A stretch of DNA of 64,000 nucleotides from Tubulanus polymorphus (lineage: Eukaryota; Animalia; Nemertea), in assembly GCF_964204645.1 (NCBI RefSeq), contig NC_134034.1:12660962-12724961 (forward strand), read 5' to 3'. The position numbers and the translations under genes are program-made. Positions 25,601 through 40,600 of this stretch are shown here, in pieces. The notes under the pieces are model-generated. The model searched no databases. It was not told where the DNA came from and was given only the letters and a program-made list of their open reading frames with translations. Each line of letters opens with the position of its first letter. Positions within the stretch are counted from its first letter, which is position 1.

Positions 25601-28600
25601 ATCGAGTTGACGCGAGATTTCCGTCATTCGAGATTTCTCAAGGTCGACGTTCGTACGAAGGTCGTCGGAGGCCGTCTGCTCTTCGGCGAGTCGATGATTC
25701 AACAAATCAACTGAAACAAACAATAGAAAATTTCATTAGAATTCCATCTGCTGCTCCTGAAACTAACTCCGTCTGCTCCAGAATCCGTCTGCTTCTGAAT
25801 CTGTCTGCTACGTACCTTGTTGTCGTAGATTCGTTGAATTCTGTTGTTGTTTCTGTAATTCGTTGTTAAACGTCGTTTCGCATTGTTGTTTCTCGTCGCG
25901 GGTTACGGCGAGATGAGCTCGTAAATCTCGGATCTCGGCTAACATCGACTGACGATCGGCGTTCATCACCTGTTCAACCGACGATTCATGTTTTAATTCC
26001 TGCAGAAACATAAATCATTTTTAAATCAAATCATTTTAACAGATTCAATCGATGCGAATATCTAAACGGGATGTTTCGTACCATGGTTCTAATTTTACTA
26101 TCGATTCTCTGTTCTAACGTGAGATTATCGTTTGACCCCGAGATCACCTGCGTACGTAATTCAGCCAACAACGCTTCACGTTCTTTAGTGAACACGTAAT
26201 TGATCGACTTCAATAACTCCGCCCTCCAATCGGATATATTCTCCTTCTCCTAATTACAACAATACGATCATACATTAAAATTCACTGTTACCATGGAAAT
26301 GCAATTAAATTTGTAACAATTTGTAAAAATATCGTCGTTGTTTTTTTTTACCTTGTCTTGTTTGATTTGTTGAGTATTCGAGAGTAGATCTTTCAGCGCT
26401 TGAATGGCGTCTAACAGCGATTGTTTCTCCTGGTCCCACGCTCGTTGCAACGCGTCGATATCCGGTACGTGATCGGCGTCTACCGCCATCTGGTGTTGAT
26501 GTATGAACTGAAGTTCGGCTAGCGTCATTACGGTCGTGCCTTCATTGTGCAGACGACTCAGTAACACCTGTAACAGAGACTAGTATTTCACTGCTCTGTT
26601 CTGTGGCTGCTCTCACCCCCCCCCCCACTGTTTAAATCTTATGGCTGTTTATTTTTATCACTGCTACGCTTGCTTGCCACCGATCCACCGACAATAGACT
26701 CACTGAACCTCGCAATAATGGCTCACAGCTCAAAATAATCCCCGGAACACTGTTAAAATTTTCAGTTATTACCACGGTTTCTCATTGTTACTGTAGTCGT
26801 TGACGACTTACCCCTAGGGATAACTTTGATACGTGGGGCCGGTTGCATGGTCATCGCTTAGACTAATGGTCATCTAAGACCAACTTAGTTCTATAGACAA
26901 TCTAACCAGTCTAAAGATTTAAGACCACTTTTGGACTTAAGTCACGACTGTGCAACTGGCCCCTGCTGGTCTACGAAATCGGGTCCAGACATATAATTTA
27001 TGATGTCATAGGTGGATTCACAGAAGCGGCCATGTTTTACGTATTTACCTGTAATCTGTCCGGATAAACTGAATCCGTCTGCTGTTCGCATGAATCGTTT
27101 AAATTCTGTTGCCACGGCGACGTTTTCGTTTCCTGTCCGACTCCTTCCTGTCGATGATCTTTCGACGACGATAAATGTCCGAGCAGACTGGAATCGAGTC
27201 GTTCCTGATTGGCTAACTCCTCGGTGAGTTGGACCCCGATATCGGACAGCGCAGTTCCATCTTCACCGTCTAGAAAATCAACCGGTTTTAAATTTGAGTT
27301 AAATTTCACTCATGAGTTCAATGAGTTCATTCTCAACAATGTTAGTGACAAATCTTTAAACCCAGAACTGTGGAACTGGGTCCAGAACTGCGGAACAAGA
27401 ACTGGGGAACTGGGTCGCTGAAAGGTGGAACTGGGTCGCTGAAAGGTGGAACTGGATCCAGAACTGTGGAACTGGATCCAGAACTGTGGAACTGGATCCA
27501 GAACTGTGGAACTGGGTCTGAACTCTGGAACTGGGCTCAGAACTGTGGAACTACTTCCAGAACTGTGGAACTGTTTCCAGAACTGTGGAACTGGTTCCAG
27601 AGCTGCGGAACAAGAACTGGGGAACTGGGTCGCTGAAAGGTGGAACTGGGTCGCTGAAAGGTGGAACTGGATCTGAACTGTGGAACTGGGTCTGAACTGT
27701 GGAACTGGGTCTGAACTGTGGAACTACTTCCAGAACTGTGGAACTGTTTCCAGAACTGTGGAACTGGTTCCAGAAGTGTGGAACTGGGTCCAGAACTGTG
27801 GAACTACTTCCAGAACAGTGGAACTGTTTCCAGAAGTGTGGAATTGGGTCCAGAACTGTGGAACTGGTTCCAGAAGTGTGGAACTGGGTCTCGAACTGTG
27901 GAACTGTTTCCAGAAGTGTGGAACTGGGTCCAGAACTGTGGAACTACTTCCAGAACTGTGGAACTGTTTCCAGAAGTGTGGAACTGGGTCCAGAACTGTG
28001 GAACTACTTCCAGAACAGTGGAACTGTTTCCAGAAGTGTGGAATTGGGTCCAGAACTGTGGAACTGGTTCCAGAAGTGTGGAACTGGGTCTCGAACTGTG
28101 GAACTGTTTCCAGAAGTGTGGAACTGGGTCCAGAACTGTGGAACTACTTCCAGAACTGTGGAACTGTTTCCAGAAGTGTGGAACTGGGTCCAGAACTGTG
28201 GAACTGGTTCCAGAAGTGTGGAACTGGGTCTTGAACTGTGGAACTGGCTTCAGAACTGCGGAACTAGGTCACAGAATGGTGGAACTGAGTGCTGGGTTGC
28301 CGGGTTACTGACTTACCGATCATAAGTCTAAGTTGTTGTATTTCTGATTCATGTTTGGATCTGATTTGATTGATTTGTTCCGCGTGTCTCCGATCGAGAT
28401 CGTCTCGAACTCTCGCGATACCGTTCTCTAATTCCTGTTGAAACTGCGCCTTCAATTTCATCATCTGCTCGCTGTGTTTCAACTGTTTCTCCTCAACAAC
28501 AACCTTCACTGTCTGTTCGTGGTCGCGACTCATCTTCTCTTTCTCAAGGTCGTGTTGTTTACGCTGGTTTTCGTACAACTCTTGAAATTTCTAGACGAAA

Positions 28601-31600
28601 AATTCAACGATCGAACGTCACACAAAATCAGGAATAAAATTCTATGCAAAATTTAGAATGAAAAAAAATCTGTTTAACCCTTTCAGTGCTGACTAATTAA
28701 TACCCTATAGTGCTGGATAATTTAAATTTTTTTAGAAATTCCACCCTAGTGTGTTGAATAACAGGAATACCACTATAGTGCGTCTACACAGCGGCGCGGT
28801 GTATCGTTAATTACTAGTATTTCACTATGTTTGACATGTGCTGCCATTTTTCAACAGAGATAATTACTAATTACATCAATACACCGCATTGCAGTGTACT
28901 AGCAAAATCCATCACTGATTCATACATCGCACTGCCGTGTAGATGCACTGAAAGGGTTAAATGTATAAAATTCAACGTTCAGATGTCTCAAATTCGTAAG
29001 AAGGATGAACACTTAATGAATGATTCTTTAGAAATTACTACTCAACATTTTTCTCACAACGACTTATAACGTTTCAATTTACCGGTATCCTAGCAACTAA
29101 CGCAATCCCCACAGCAAGAAATACTGGATCCAAACGCGGAAATAGAATTCATATTTTAACAGTAGAATTAAAACAGTACGAGAGGAAACATGTTGTATCC
29201 TAGCAGCAGCAGTAGTAGAAGTCAGTGTCACCAGTATTCTAACTACTGCTATGTAACAGCTGGTTGTATTCGATATAAAAATCAATACACGAATATCACC
29301 GGTAAAGAGCCGTCTGCTCTTGAGGCAGTACAACAATGACGTCTGCTACACATCACACAGCAGCACCTGCTGCTCGTTAATCAATCCTAGTTACGTCACA
29401 TAAACTCGTGACATCATCAATTATCGCGCCTAATAGTCTTCAATTCATTATAGCCACACGTAAACTAATGACATCATCATGTATCGTGTACCTAATAGCG
29501 CAAATCCCTTGTTGACATTTCTTTTTAATAAACTCACTGTTCGAGAAGTCCTAATTCTGAACGGGTTAAAATTTGCGATTTGCAATAAAATTCAAAGAGA
29601 CTAGAACCTACTAGTCTACACGTACGACCCATGAGTTTACAATTTAACAACTTGAGGAATTATTTGTTCATAGTAAACACTGAACTACACGCGAAGTAAA
29701 TAAACCTGTCATATTTGACGAGGTTACAACATGAACTCTTCTAAATACAGTTTGAATTACACTTGAAAAATACTTCAAACTCTGTATGAATATCAATATC
29801 CATACAATACCTACTTCTATCATATACCCTCCTCCCCTTCGCACCCCCCCCCCACGCCAGGTATTAGGTACTTCAAGGTGGAAACAAAACCTTTAATATA
29901 TACGTCAGGGACAAGGTTTAGGAAGAACTGAACCAACGGATATTTCAGAATTATTTCTATTAATTCCAATGAAATTTTTGCGTCCATTGAGTGTATTTTG
30001 TGAGCGGACAGAAGATTGATTTCAATTATTCAATATCATAGTTTAAAAGCTGAATCTATTTCAGTTTTTTTTCGATGTCGGACCCTGGGAGCGGAAATAT
30101 ATAGCATCAATTCACGCGAATAATCAATATAAATTAAAGAATACAATGATTAAACAGATTCAGATCAAATATCGCCGTGGTTTTTACAGGTTTGGGGAAA
30201 TATAGAGATTAATTCGTCTCAGGAATTAGGTGCATCGTGTCATTTCATCATTCTCCAGGAAAAATCGTAAAATCTCACCAAAAGTAGAATTGTCCAGTCT
30301 GAAGTCGGAAAAATATCAATACAATAATTTTTTAATATATATCTACTACTTATTGGTGAGATATTACTATAAACCGTTCTCATAAAAACTAAGTAAAATT
30401 ATAATTTTTCTGAATCGTAAACTTACGACGTCGAGTTGTTTGAACGGAGTCTCCGCCGATTTATAAACTTCGAGTTCCGTTTTTAATTCGTCGAGACGAT
30501 CGCGTAATTCTCGAACGATCCCGTCGTGTTCGTCTCGTATGAGTTTCACTTCCTGTTCGTTGTTGGTTTTCTCGGCGTCGACGTAGCGTCTCAACTCGTC
30601 GAGTTCGCTCGTCACGCGATCCACTTTACGCTGTTTGATTTCGAGGTCGTTTTGACCGGCGCGTAACTCGCGACGCAGTTCGTTGATCGTCTGTCGTTGT
30701 TCCTGAATTTCACGGAAATCGGAAACAACTTTCAGACCACATTTTTCAATTTCAGAATTTAATTTGACTTTTTTAATTTGCTTTTTTCTCCCAGACTATT
30801 TCCTGACATGTACATAATTGTACATTGTTTTTGCCGACTTGATTTGCAATCAATTTAATCAATTAACACAGTGAAATTAGTTAAACATAGACAGAAACTC
30901 TTTGATTTTATGCCTGATCTAGATACATTTCTCCACATATTTCCAAGACTTTTTCCTTGATTTTAGGTTTTTTTTACAAAATTCCCAGACTATTTTTTCA
31001 CAAAGAAAATAATTCAATTTTCCCCGATTTCCACTGCCCAGTTGCACAGTCGTAGCTTAAGTCCAAAAGTAGTCTTAAATCTTAAGACTAGTCTAAAGCT
31101 GTTAGATTGGCTATAGAACTAAGTTGGTCTTACGCTTAGTCTTAAGTCAGAGCCATGACTCTGCAGCCAGCCCCCAGGTCAGTGGCGACTGTGAAATCAA
31201 TCCTAGAACCCACGTACCTCAACTCGAGTCTTCCATTCCGTGATCCTCGTTTCCATCTCGTCGGTGGCGCCCTCTTCGTCCGACCCTCGCAGCAGACGAC
31301 GTATTTCAATCTCTTTCGACGAAGCGTCTTCGGTTAAAATTTGAATTTCGGTTTCGCGATTTTTTAACAGATTTTTCTGTTCGTCGAATTCGTTTTTCAG
31401 CGTTTTCAACTGTGGAAATATTCAAATATTCGAAATTCAAAACGAGGGATCAGGGTTCAATTTAAACAAACAATAGGAGACGTCTCATTCGAACTAACGC
31501 GTAACTGTCTATCGAAATCTAGCAACAGTAGCAGACGTTAATTTCAAATAATCGTTATACGAATCTCACCTCTTTCTGGAGTTCGGTAATTTTCGCGTCC

Positions 31601-34600
31601 TTGTCGTCGACCGATTTCTGAAGGTCGCGTATTTGAGCAGACGACGTCGATTCGATCGAGTTGAATTTCTGTTTCAACTGTTTCAACTCGGCGAGTTTCT
31701 CGTCGAATTGTTCCGCCTGCTCTTTCAACTCATACAACTCTTCCTCTTTCTCGTCGATGATGTTCTGTTTACCTTTTAACATTTTCTGAAGAATCGCGGT
31801 TTCTTCGTCGTATTTTACCTGGAATCGACGAACGAATCGGTTTCAACTTAAAGCGAGCGTAAAATTATTAAATATTTCTCTAATAACGCCATCAGTCCGC
31901 GTATTTACAATTAACCCTTGGTTACAGAAACTATTAACTCCAAAATCGACAGTGTGGTCATTTTTTTACTTTCTTTTCCCCTGACTTTTCCCCGACACGC
32001 TCGTTGTTTTCTCTGACTTGATCTACTAAGAATTCAATCTTTGAACGCTGTCAAATATGTAACACATAGACGGAAACTGTTTAAATTTTTTCATGCAATC
32101 CCGACATATTTCCCTGATTATCGGCATTTTCTACAAAATTCCCCGATTCCCAGACTTTTCTATGCCTTTCGTTGATTTCCACGTAAGTGGCGCCACCCCG
32201 ATCGATTTTAGGTTCAACTAAATTATCGAAGAAACTGATATAGAAGAGCTTCTGAACCTGATTATGAATAAACTAACCAATATTTCGGGGGTAGGGGGAA
32301 GTAGTTTGAGATGGGGGAGGTAGGGGTGTTAAAAATAAATACCTGCGCTTCATCTTTTAAATCGATCAGATCTTTAGACAGACTTTCAACTTCGTGTTGT
32401 TTTTCTTCTAACATAACTTGAACGGTGTCGTAATCTTCTTGTAACGACGTCTGCAATTAATAAATTACCCCTCGCATCAAAATAGTGCTCTCCTTACAAT
32501 TCCACGACGTGGAAATTCTGAACAAACTTACCTGGAATTTAGTGAGGTTTTCCACCTCGATCGCGAGACTCTCGTTCTGCAATAAAACCTGATCTAATTC
32601 TTTCTCCAGCGACGAAATCTGAACCTGACAATCATCGATGTGTTTCTCCGACGATTCCGTCTGCTTCTAAAAATCACGACACAAATTTCATCAAAAACAA
32701 AGATCGAAAATGTCTAAGAGAATTAGCGAGCAACACTGAATTAACTGTTGATCATTCCCGACATCTGCAGGTCTGACAGATCAGGTTATCATAAATACTG
32801 TGATATTTTCAGAAACTTGACCAAAAATCGTTCGCTGATTAAATGAAAGATTATTATTTAACATAAAGGTATCCTTAGCAAGGGGGGAGCTGTTTCTTGT
32901 AGTCAGAATTCCCTGATTTTCCCTGCAATGATGTTCCCTGATCTGTAAGAACTCAGCTGAATCAATTTGAAATGACCTACTTTCAGTGCTTTCTCCAACT
33001 GTTCCACATTCGAGCCGAGATCGAGCAGACGCTGTTCTTTATGATCGACCAACGCTTGTAGATGTTTCACTAAATCTTCCTGGTCTAATTTACCGCCGAC
33101 AAACTCTTGCAGTTTCTCCAACTCAGATTTCTTTTCGTCCAATTCAATTTGCTGAAATTGAATTCCAATCAAAATATAGATGATTTCAAGGTCATAGTGT
33201 CAACCGGCGAACAGTTGTAGCGGTTAGGTTCGAATTTTAAAAACCTACCAGTTTTCTCGCCTTCGATTCGCTCTGAGCCTCTTTGACGTCGTCTTCGAGA
33301 AGTTTAACTTGTTTATTCAGGAATTCGATCTCTTCGTTTTTACTCTGTAAAAGCGTCTGGGCTATCGGGGGTAAGGGCGCGGTTTCGTACTCCTCTAGTT
33401 TAACCTTCAATTCATCGACCTTCGCCTACATGAGACAAACGTTCATTAAACATTCAATTTGACGTTTGATTCCAAAACTTCGATATACAGCTCCCTGATA
33501 AACCACCCCTAGGGTTGATCGCTAAATTCCAGGTTTTTTATATCAGTATTTTGTCTTGGAACTAAACAAAATTAACCCCCGATATACCACTTTACTCCAA
33601 GTGAGAGAACTGATTGTATGCCGACTAATTTTATCTTGTTTGAGCTTTGAGATTGTCTTAATGTTAAGTGCTTTAAATGATAAATCATAGTTATTATCAA
33701 GTTTTTTTTTTTGTGAACTGGGTCCTGCTGCCACATGTGGCTGCTGCTGTTGCTACTGAAGTTATCATCAGATCTCTACCTGTAACTGTTTATCACTCGA
33801 GTCTGTTTGATCTTCCTGTTTCCCGGCAGCCCGCGTCTGCTCCGCCGTCTGCTGCTGTTTACGTTCGACTTCTAACTGAGCGTTCAGATGATCACATTCT
33901 TCCGTTCTTGCGATCAGCTGAGTTCGAAATTCTTCCAATTGACTTTCCAAATCTTGAATCTATGAAATTATCAAAAATACTTAAAAGATGATTCTGCTGG
34001 TTTTATTCTGGACCGTAAAATGTAATGGGATACCGGCAACGCTTCTGTGGCAAGCGAGGATTCTGCCAGGTGTCGCTAGTGTCTCTGGGTTACCACCCTG
34101 CACATTTCATTCAATGAAGTTCTCGAGTCAACTGTTCTGATTAGTAAATCATTTTTCTATACCTTACACCGAGCGAGTAAGGGAATTCTATATCTATCCG
34201 ATGACTCGATTGATAATTTTCGAAATAAATAAATCGAGTTCAAATTTCATCGAAAAATGAATAGACTATACCTCTTTATCTTTGAGTTCTATAGACTGTA
34301 AATGTTGATCGCATTGTTCTTTGATGTCGCTGAGACTCGTCTCGCCCGGTGCTGCCCCCGACGCCGGTTTATAGAAACTACCACCCGTTCTTTGTTCGTC
34401 GATCGAACTGCGTAATTCCGATATCTGCTGTAATTGTTGCGATACTTGTTGCTGTAGCAACCCCCGCTGACGAGACTGCTCCTGAAAAACATCGACATTG
34501 CAATGAATTAAAACCCTTTCAGTGCGTCTACACGGCAGTGCCGTGTATAAATCAGTAATCAGCTAGTACACAGCATCGCGGTGTATAGACATTATTAGTT

Positions 34601-37600
34601 TTTATCTCTATTGAAAGATGGCAGCACCTGTCAAACAAAGTGAAACATAAGTAACTAACGATACACTGCACCAAGGTGAAGACAAAATAGTGATGTGCCA
34701 GTTACACAATGCACTGGGGTGCAATTTTCAAAGAACTGCAAATTATCTCCGGGGCTCAGTTTCATGAAAAAGTTTAAGCCTAAAATGGTAAAGTTTGAAA
34801 TGTTGTCCTCATTGGAAACATGAAGTAAACCAATACCAATAAAACCAAAAATTTGAGTTGAACTTTTTTGTGAAACCAAGCCCAGCACTTTCAGGTATTC
34901 ATCAGTCATCACTGAAAGGGTCGATTATAATATTCCTCGCGTCACGTACCTCGTCGAGTCGTCTCAGTTTCTCTAGTTCTCGTTCTAATTCGTGTTTCTG
35001 TTGATTCGCTAGACTTTCCGCTCTGATTTTAGCGTCCAGTTCGCTGCGTAACTCGGCGACAAGTTTATCCGTCTGTTGTTTACCGGTCGTCGAAGTCTGT
35101 CCGTCTGCTTCGCGTAGTTCATCGTTGATCTCTTGTTGTTTCGACAACTCGTATTCTAGATCTTTGATTTTCTACAAGAATAACGAACGGTAGACAATAA
35201 TCCACGTTTTAACTTTTCAGTTCGGATTTCAAATCAAATCAACAATGCAAACCGGTAATCAGTTTATTTTACCTTTTTTAACTCTTGTTCCAACTGTATT
35301 TTTCGACTGAGCTCTTGTTCCAAATTGTTGATGGTTTTTTCGAGTTGTTTTTCGGTTTTCTGTTTTTTCGTCAGCTCCAGTTCGAGCTGCTCTTTCCTCA
35401 GCAGTAATTCGCTCTGAGCGTCCGTTCGGTCGCTCAGTTGACCTTGAAGATTATCGACCTCTTGTTGCAGACGTTCGTCCGATTTACGGTGTTTTTCGTG
35501 GTCGCGTAGTTTCGATTTTAACTGATTTAATTCTTGATTGAATTCGTCTCGTTCCTGTTCCCGATCGTGAGTTTGCTCCTACGAAAATAAGCCAAATATG
35601 TTTTCCAGATTTCACGGATTAGGACTGAAGTTTGGATGCCAAGGGTCAGTTTTAATTTCACGGTTTTGGACTGAAGGTAGGATGCAAGGAGTCAGTTCCA
35701 ATTTCACAGTTTTGGACTGAAGGTCGGATGCAAGGGGTCAGTTCTAATTTCACGGCTTTGGACTGAAGTTTGGATTCCAGGGGTCAGTTCTAATTTCACT
35801 TTGGACCCTAGATATTCGTAATTTAAATACATATTTTTTTGTCTTTAAAACTTTGTATGCTTTCATACATAACGCCACATTTTCCAACGAAACCATAGTT
35901 CGCGTTACTGGGTATAGATGGCGTAGTTACCTCGATGAACAGTCGATCGGCGCGTAGTTGTTTCTCTAACGCGTCGATCTGACAGCGAAGGTCGTTCGTC
36001 TCCGAGCGTTTCTCGTCGCCGAGCTGATCGTTCTGATATTGTAGATCCTCGATCGTCATCTGCAGTTCGTCGATTCGTTTTTCCAACTCTTCGCGATCTT
36101 TATTGAATTGACGTTCGATTTCTCTTTTTTCTTCGTTTAAACGTTGATTCTCTTGTAAAAGACCTAAAACAAAACACAGCGAAAAACTTCTGATGAATTG
36201 TTTCAGGGAATATACAAATTATGGGCAGGTTCTATTCTGGGATGGGCTGTGTTTTTTTCAATGGGGCAGGTTTTATTCTGGGATGGGGCAGGTTCTATTC
36301 AATGGGGCAGGTTTTATTCTAGGATTGGGCAGGCTCTATTCAATGGGGCAGGTTTTATTCTGGGATGGGACATGTTTATTCTGGGATGGAGTAGGTTTTT
36401 TTCAATGGGGCAGGTTTTATTCTGGGATGGGCAGGTTTTATTCTGGGATGGGGCAGGTTCTATTCAATGGGACATGTTTATTCTGGTATGGGGTAGTTTT
36501 TTTTCAATGGGGCAGGTTTGATTCTGGGATGGGGCAGGTTTTATTCTAGGATGGATCAAATAATGAATTTTGTATAGATGAACATTTGAATTACTTTCAT
36601 GGATGTATTTAGCAGTGTTTATCACCAGTGAAGTAGTGAGATCATCCTTGTTTTACTGGGTTTAAACTGTTTTCTTATGCTTTACAATTTATCAAACTCT
36701 AATAAAGAGTCTCTACATTGTGAATATAGTTCACTGAACACATTGATTAGAACAGTCTGCTAATAGTGGTCACCTGACCTGTCAGTCTGCTAGAGAAGTC
36801 ACCTGACCTGTCAGTCTGCTAGAGAAGTCACCTGACCTGTTAGTCTGCTATAGTTGTCCCACAGGTACATGTCACAGCTGGTCAGGTGAGCTAGGCATAG
36901 GGTTTTTGATTGGCTAGCTAGGGTTATGATGTCAAAGTTGGTCAGGTGACCTAGGCATTGGGTTTTCCATTGGCTAGCTAGGGTTATGATGTCACAGCTG
37001 GTCAGATGACCTAGGCATAGGGTTTTTGATTGGCTAGCTAGGGTTATGATGTCACAGCTGGTCAGGTGACCTAGGCATAGGGTTTTTGATTGGCTAGCTA
37101 GGGTTATGATGTCACAGCTGGTCAGATGACCTAGGCATAGGGTTTTTGATTGGCTAGCTAGGGTTATGATGTCACAGCTGGTCAGGTGACCTAGGCATAG
37201 GGTTTTTGATTGGCTAGCTAGGGTTCATGATGTCACAGCTGGTCAGATGACACAGGAAGTAAAGTCAGTCTGGTGCTTTTTTTCAGCTGTTTATATTCAC
37301 AGATTTTGACTCAGTCTAAAAGGATTATTGTTTGTATTTGGATTTAAAAAAAAATAGGAAATGAACTTCATTTGACAATAAATTGATATCTATTGGTGTT
37401 TATGGGGTTTGTAGCTACTAGTTCTAGTGTCTAGTGTCCAGTCTAAAGTTGGCATGAGATGATGTTTGAGGAACTGATATACCAGGACTTGTGTAGTAAC
37501 TGATAGCTACAATCTAAAAGCTACTGTAGCTACAATTTCTCACTCACTCTTAAATCAACTTTTGTAATGAATAATAAATATAAATCATTGATTAAACCAT

Positions 37601-40600
37601 GAGTCTAGTGGGAGTTGTATAGTAAGTTTGTTTAATCACGGGTGTGATGTTTAATTACTCCCTCCCGGTAGTAGTCGATAGTCGGTAGTGTTTTTTATCC
37701 CGTTCCGAGAATTGATTTCAATCAATTGTCAACTCAGGTGGGATACCGGCATCATCAGCAGCAGTTACCATAGTTACATCCCCTCTATCTCTCTCTCTCT
37801 CTTTGTCTATCAGGATTGTGAAGGGCAGGTATAAAGTAGAATTGTATTATAGTATTCAACACCAGCACAATAGATTTCATAAAACTAAAAAAACTGAAAT
37901 TTCCGAATCACCTCAAAGCTTATATAAACGCTATTCATCGATTATAAACCCTTCAAACAAACAGCTACATATAAAACATGCAGTGAATTTATAAAGCCAT
38001 AGAATTCGAGTTCCGTGGCGCGAAGCTAAACTTTTTTGAATTTTTGAATTTGCAAATAAAAAACTGAAAAGTGAAAAACATGAAACGATAGAACAACAGA
38101 CCCTGGCAGGTTAGGAATATAGGTGGCGTGCGTGTACCTGGTTCACTATTTTTAACCGTCGTTGAAGAATTGACTGCATTAAAAAAAAACAAAAAAAACA
38201 ATAACAATGTGCAATAAAAATTTTGTAAAACCCGAAAAAAACACTAAAAAAATATTAGGAATTCTTAATGAATCAATTACAAATTTATTGAATTCAGACG
38301 GATAGAGTCTTTTCATCGGAATGGAGGGATGAAGAAATAGGAGGGGAAAAGGGATTGGGGGATAAGGGGAGCAGATGGGGAAGGGTGAGGGGAACAGAGA
38401 TGGGATGAGAGGATCAGGGATGGGCAAGCAGAGATGGGATGAAGGAATTGGATGGGATGAAAGGAACATGGATCGGGATTTAAGGGAAGCAGGGATGGGA
38501 TGAGAGGAACAGAGATGGGGATGAGTAAGGTATGAGGGGGATGAGGGATGGGGATGAGTAAGGTATGAGGGGGGATGAGGGATGGGGATGAGTAAGGTAT
38601 GAGGGGGGATGAGGGATGGGGATGAGTAAGGTATGAGGGGGGATGAGGGATGGGGATGAGTAAGGTATGAGGGGGGATGAGGGATGGGGATGAGTAAGGT
38701 ATGAGGGGGGATGAGGGATGGGGATGAGTAAGGTATGAGGGGGGATGAGGGATGGGGATGAGAGGAACAGAGATGGGGATGAGGGATGGCGACTGGTATC
38801 ACTAGATACACGATATTGTATTAATGTAAACCTCTCACAGTGAAAGAGAATGAACAAAAATCAGTGATAAACACACATCAAACTGATCAATAATCAATAC
38901 ACACAAATCAATCAATAGATCAATCAATAAATCAACCAATGGGATACATTGGTTATTGGCAATGATACATTTACTGATAGTATAGAAATCACACAGACTC
39001 ATAGTCTGCACCGGGAAAACCAGAAACTGGTACACAGTGAAGATTTAGAACCCAGAGAACCAGAAACTGGTATACAGTGAAGGTTTAGAACTCAGAGAAC
39101 CAGTACACAGTGAACCAGAAACTGGTACGCAGTGAAAGTTTAGAACCCAGAGAACCAGAAACTGGTACATAGTGAAGGTTTTATACTTTTCTAAACTGAT
39201 GAAGACAATCTAGAAAACTGAGCAAGAATTTTCCTCATTTCCTGCAAACCCCTGAAGAGTGGGTTCCCTAATCAGCAGGTTTTCCAGGGACCCCTATGAC
39301 CTGTAGGTCAACACCTGATAGGGATGAAAGATAATCTTACCTTCCTCGCCCGTTCCTGAGACGCTATCATTCAGAGCCGACCGTTGACGTTCTACTTCCT
39401 GTTTCATGGCATTCACTTCCTGTTGCGTTTCGTGTAGATCGTGAAGACGTTCGGTCGTCTGCTGTAACTCGTGAACGAGAGCTTCGCGTTTCTCTTCAAG
39501 GTCGTTCACTTTCTCTTCAAGGACGTCCTTCTCAGCGGCGTATCCCTCCGCCAAACCTAACAACAACAACACATCGATTTAAACTTTATGTATCCCTCCG
39601 CCAAAACACAGTCACAACTTTAAAATCAACGTATCCCTCCGCCAAACTTAACAACAGTCGCAACAATTCAAATCGACGTATCCCTGCCCCAAAACTTAAC
39701 AATTCAAATCAACCCCAATTCCAACGTGGTTGCGTGATCATAGCTTCAATCTCGGACCAGAGTCTAAGACCAGTTTAGTTTCTAAACAGCTTAAGACCAA
39801 TCTTAAGGTTTAAGACCACATTTGAACTTAGCAGGTCACAACAGTGCGACCCTAAAATCATGAACTTTATATCATGTTTAGTTGAGATCTATTCCATTAT
39901 ATTAGAAATCAATATTTGCCCGAAGAAAGCACAGCCACGAAAGTAGCGGATTTAAATGATATCTCAAATATAAGGAAACCAACCTGAATCCATCGTAACA
40001 TAGTGATATACACTGTGTGTATATACTAATTAATCCTAGTATAGCGCGTTCTGAGAGAACGCGAGACAGAGATCGAGATAGATCACCTAGTTCCATATAA
40101 CCCACTCATATCATAAACACTTACAGTCAGTCAGGTAGGTAGTGTACCTCTACATACCTATCTATGGATCAATATTCAGTCGCTATCTTACTAGAACAAT
40201 GTCTGTGTGTCATACGTATAAAAATACTCAATAACAACACACAATTAATTTCATACCAACAACAAAACTACATAACATCCCCCTATGACATCACTAGTTA
40301 CCTACCGGTACTGGTAATCAAATCACCAGACATGATATCTGTATCTCAATAAGGGCCTCATCGGAAAGATAAACTGGTTATTGAATTGATGACGTCATAG
40401 GGGGATATGATGGAGGCAGACATTTATTCTGGAAGCATCTACTGATCAATTTGATGATGTCATAGGGTGATCAATGGCGGAAGAAATCGATCTGTTAGGG
40501 TCTCCAGGGGCACAGTTATGACTCAAGTCCAAAATCGATCTCAAATCTTAAGATTGATCTTAAGTTGTTAGATTTTTGCTACAGAACTAAGTTGGTCTTA

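Noticed and set aside
27370-28325. Overlapping ELWNW/CGTGS ORFs up to 208 aa
   Set aside because: Stop-free 20-nt satellite within a pericentrin intron; no splice or homology support.
29083-29199. Pair of possible micro-exons (20 nt + 7 nt on -, together DTTCFLSIP)
   Set aside because: Neither is frame-preserving alone, one donor is weak, and both share a duplicated gtatcctagca word; needs RNA evidence.
38179-38857. Pro/His/Ser-rich 210-aa ORF
   Set aside because: Derived from a G-rich minisatellite.
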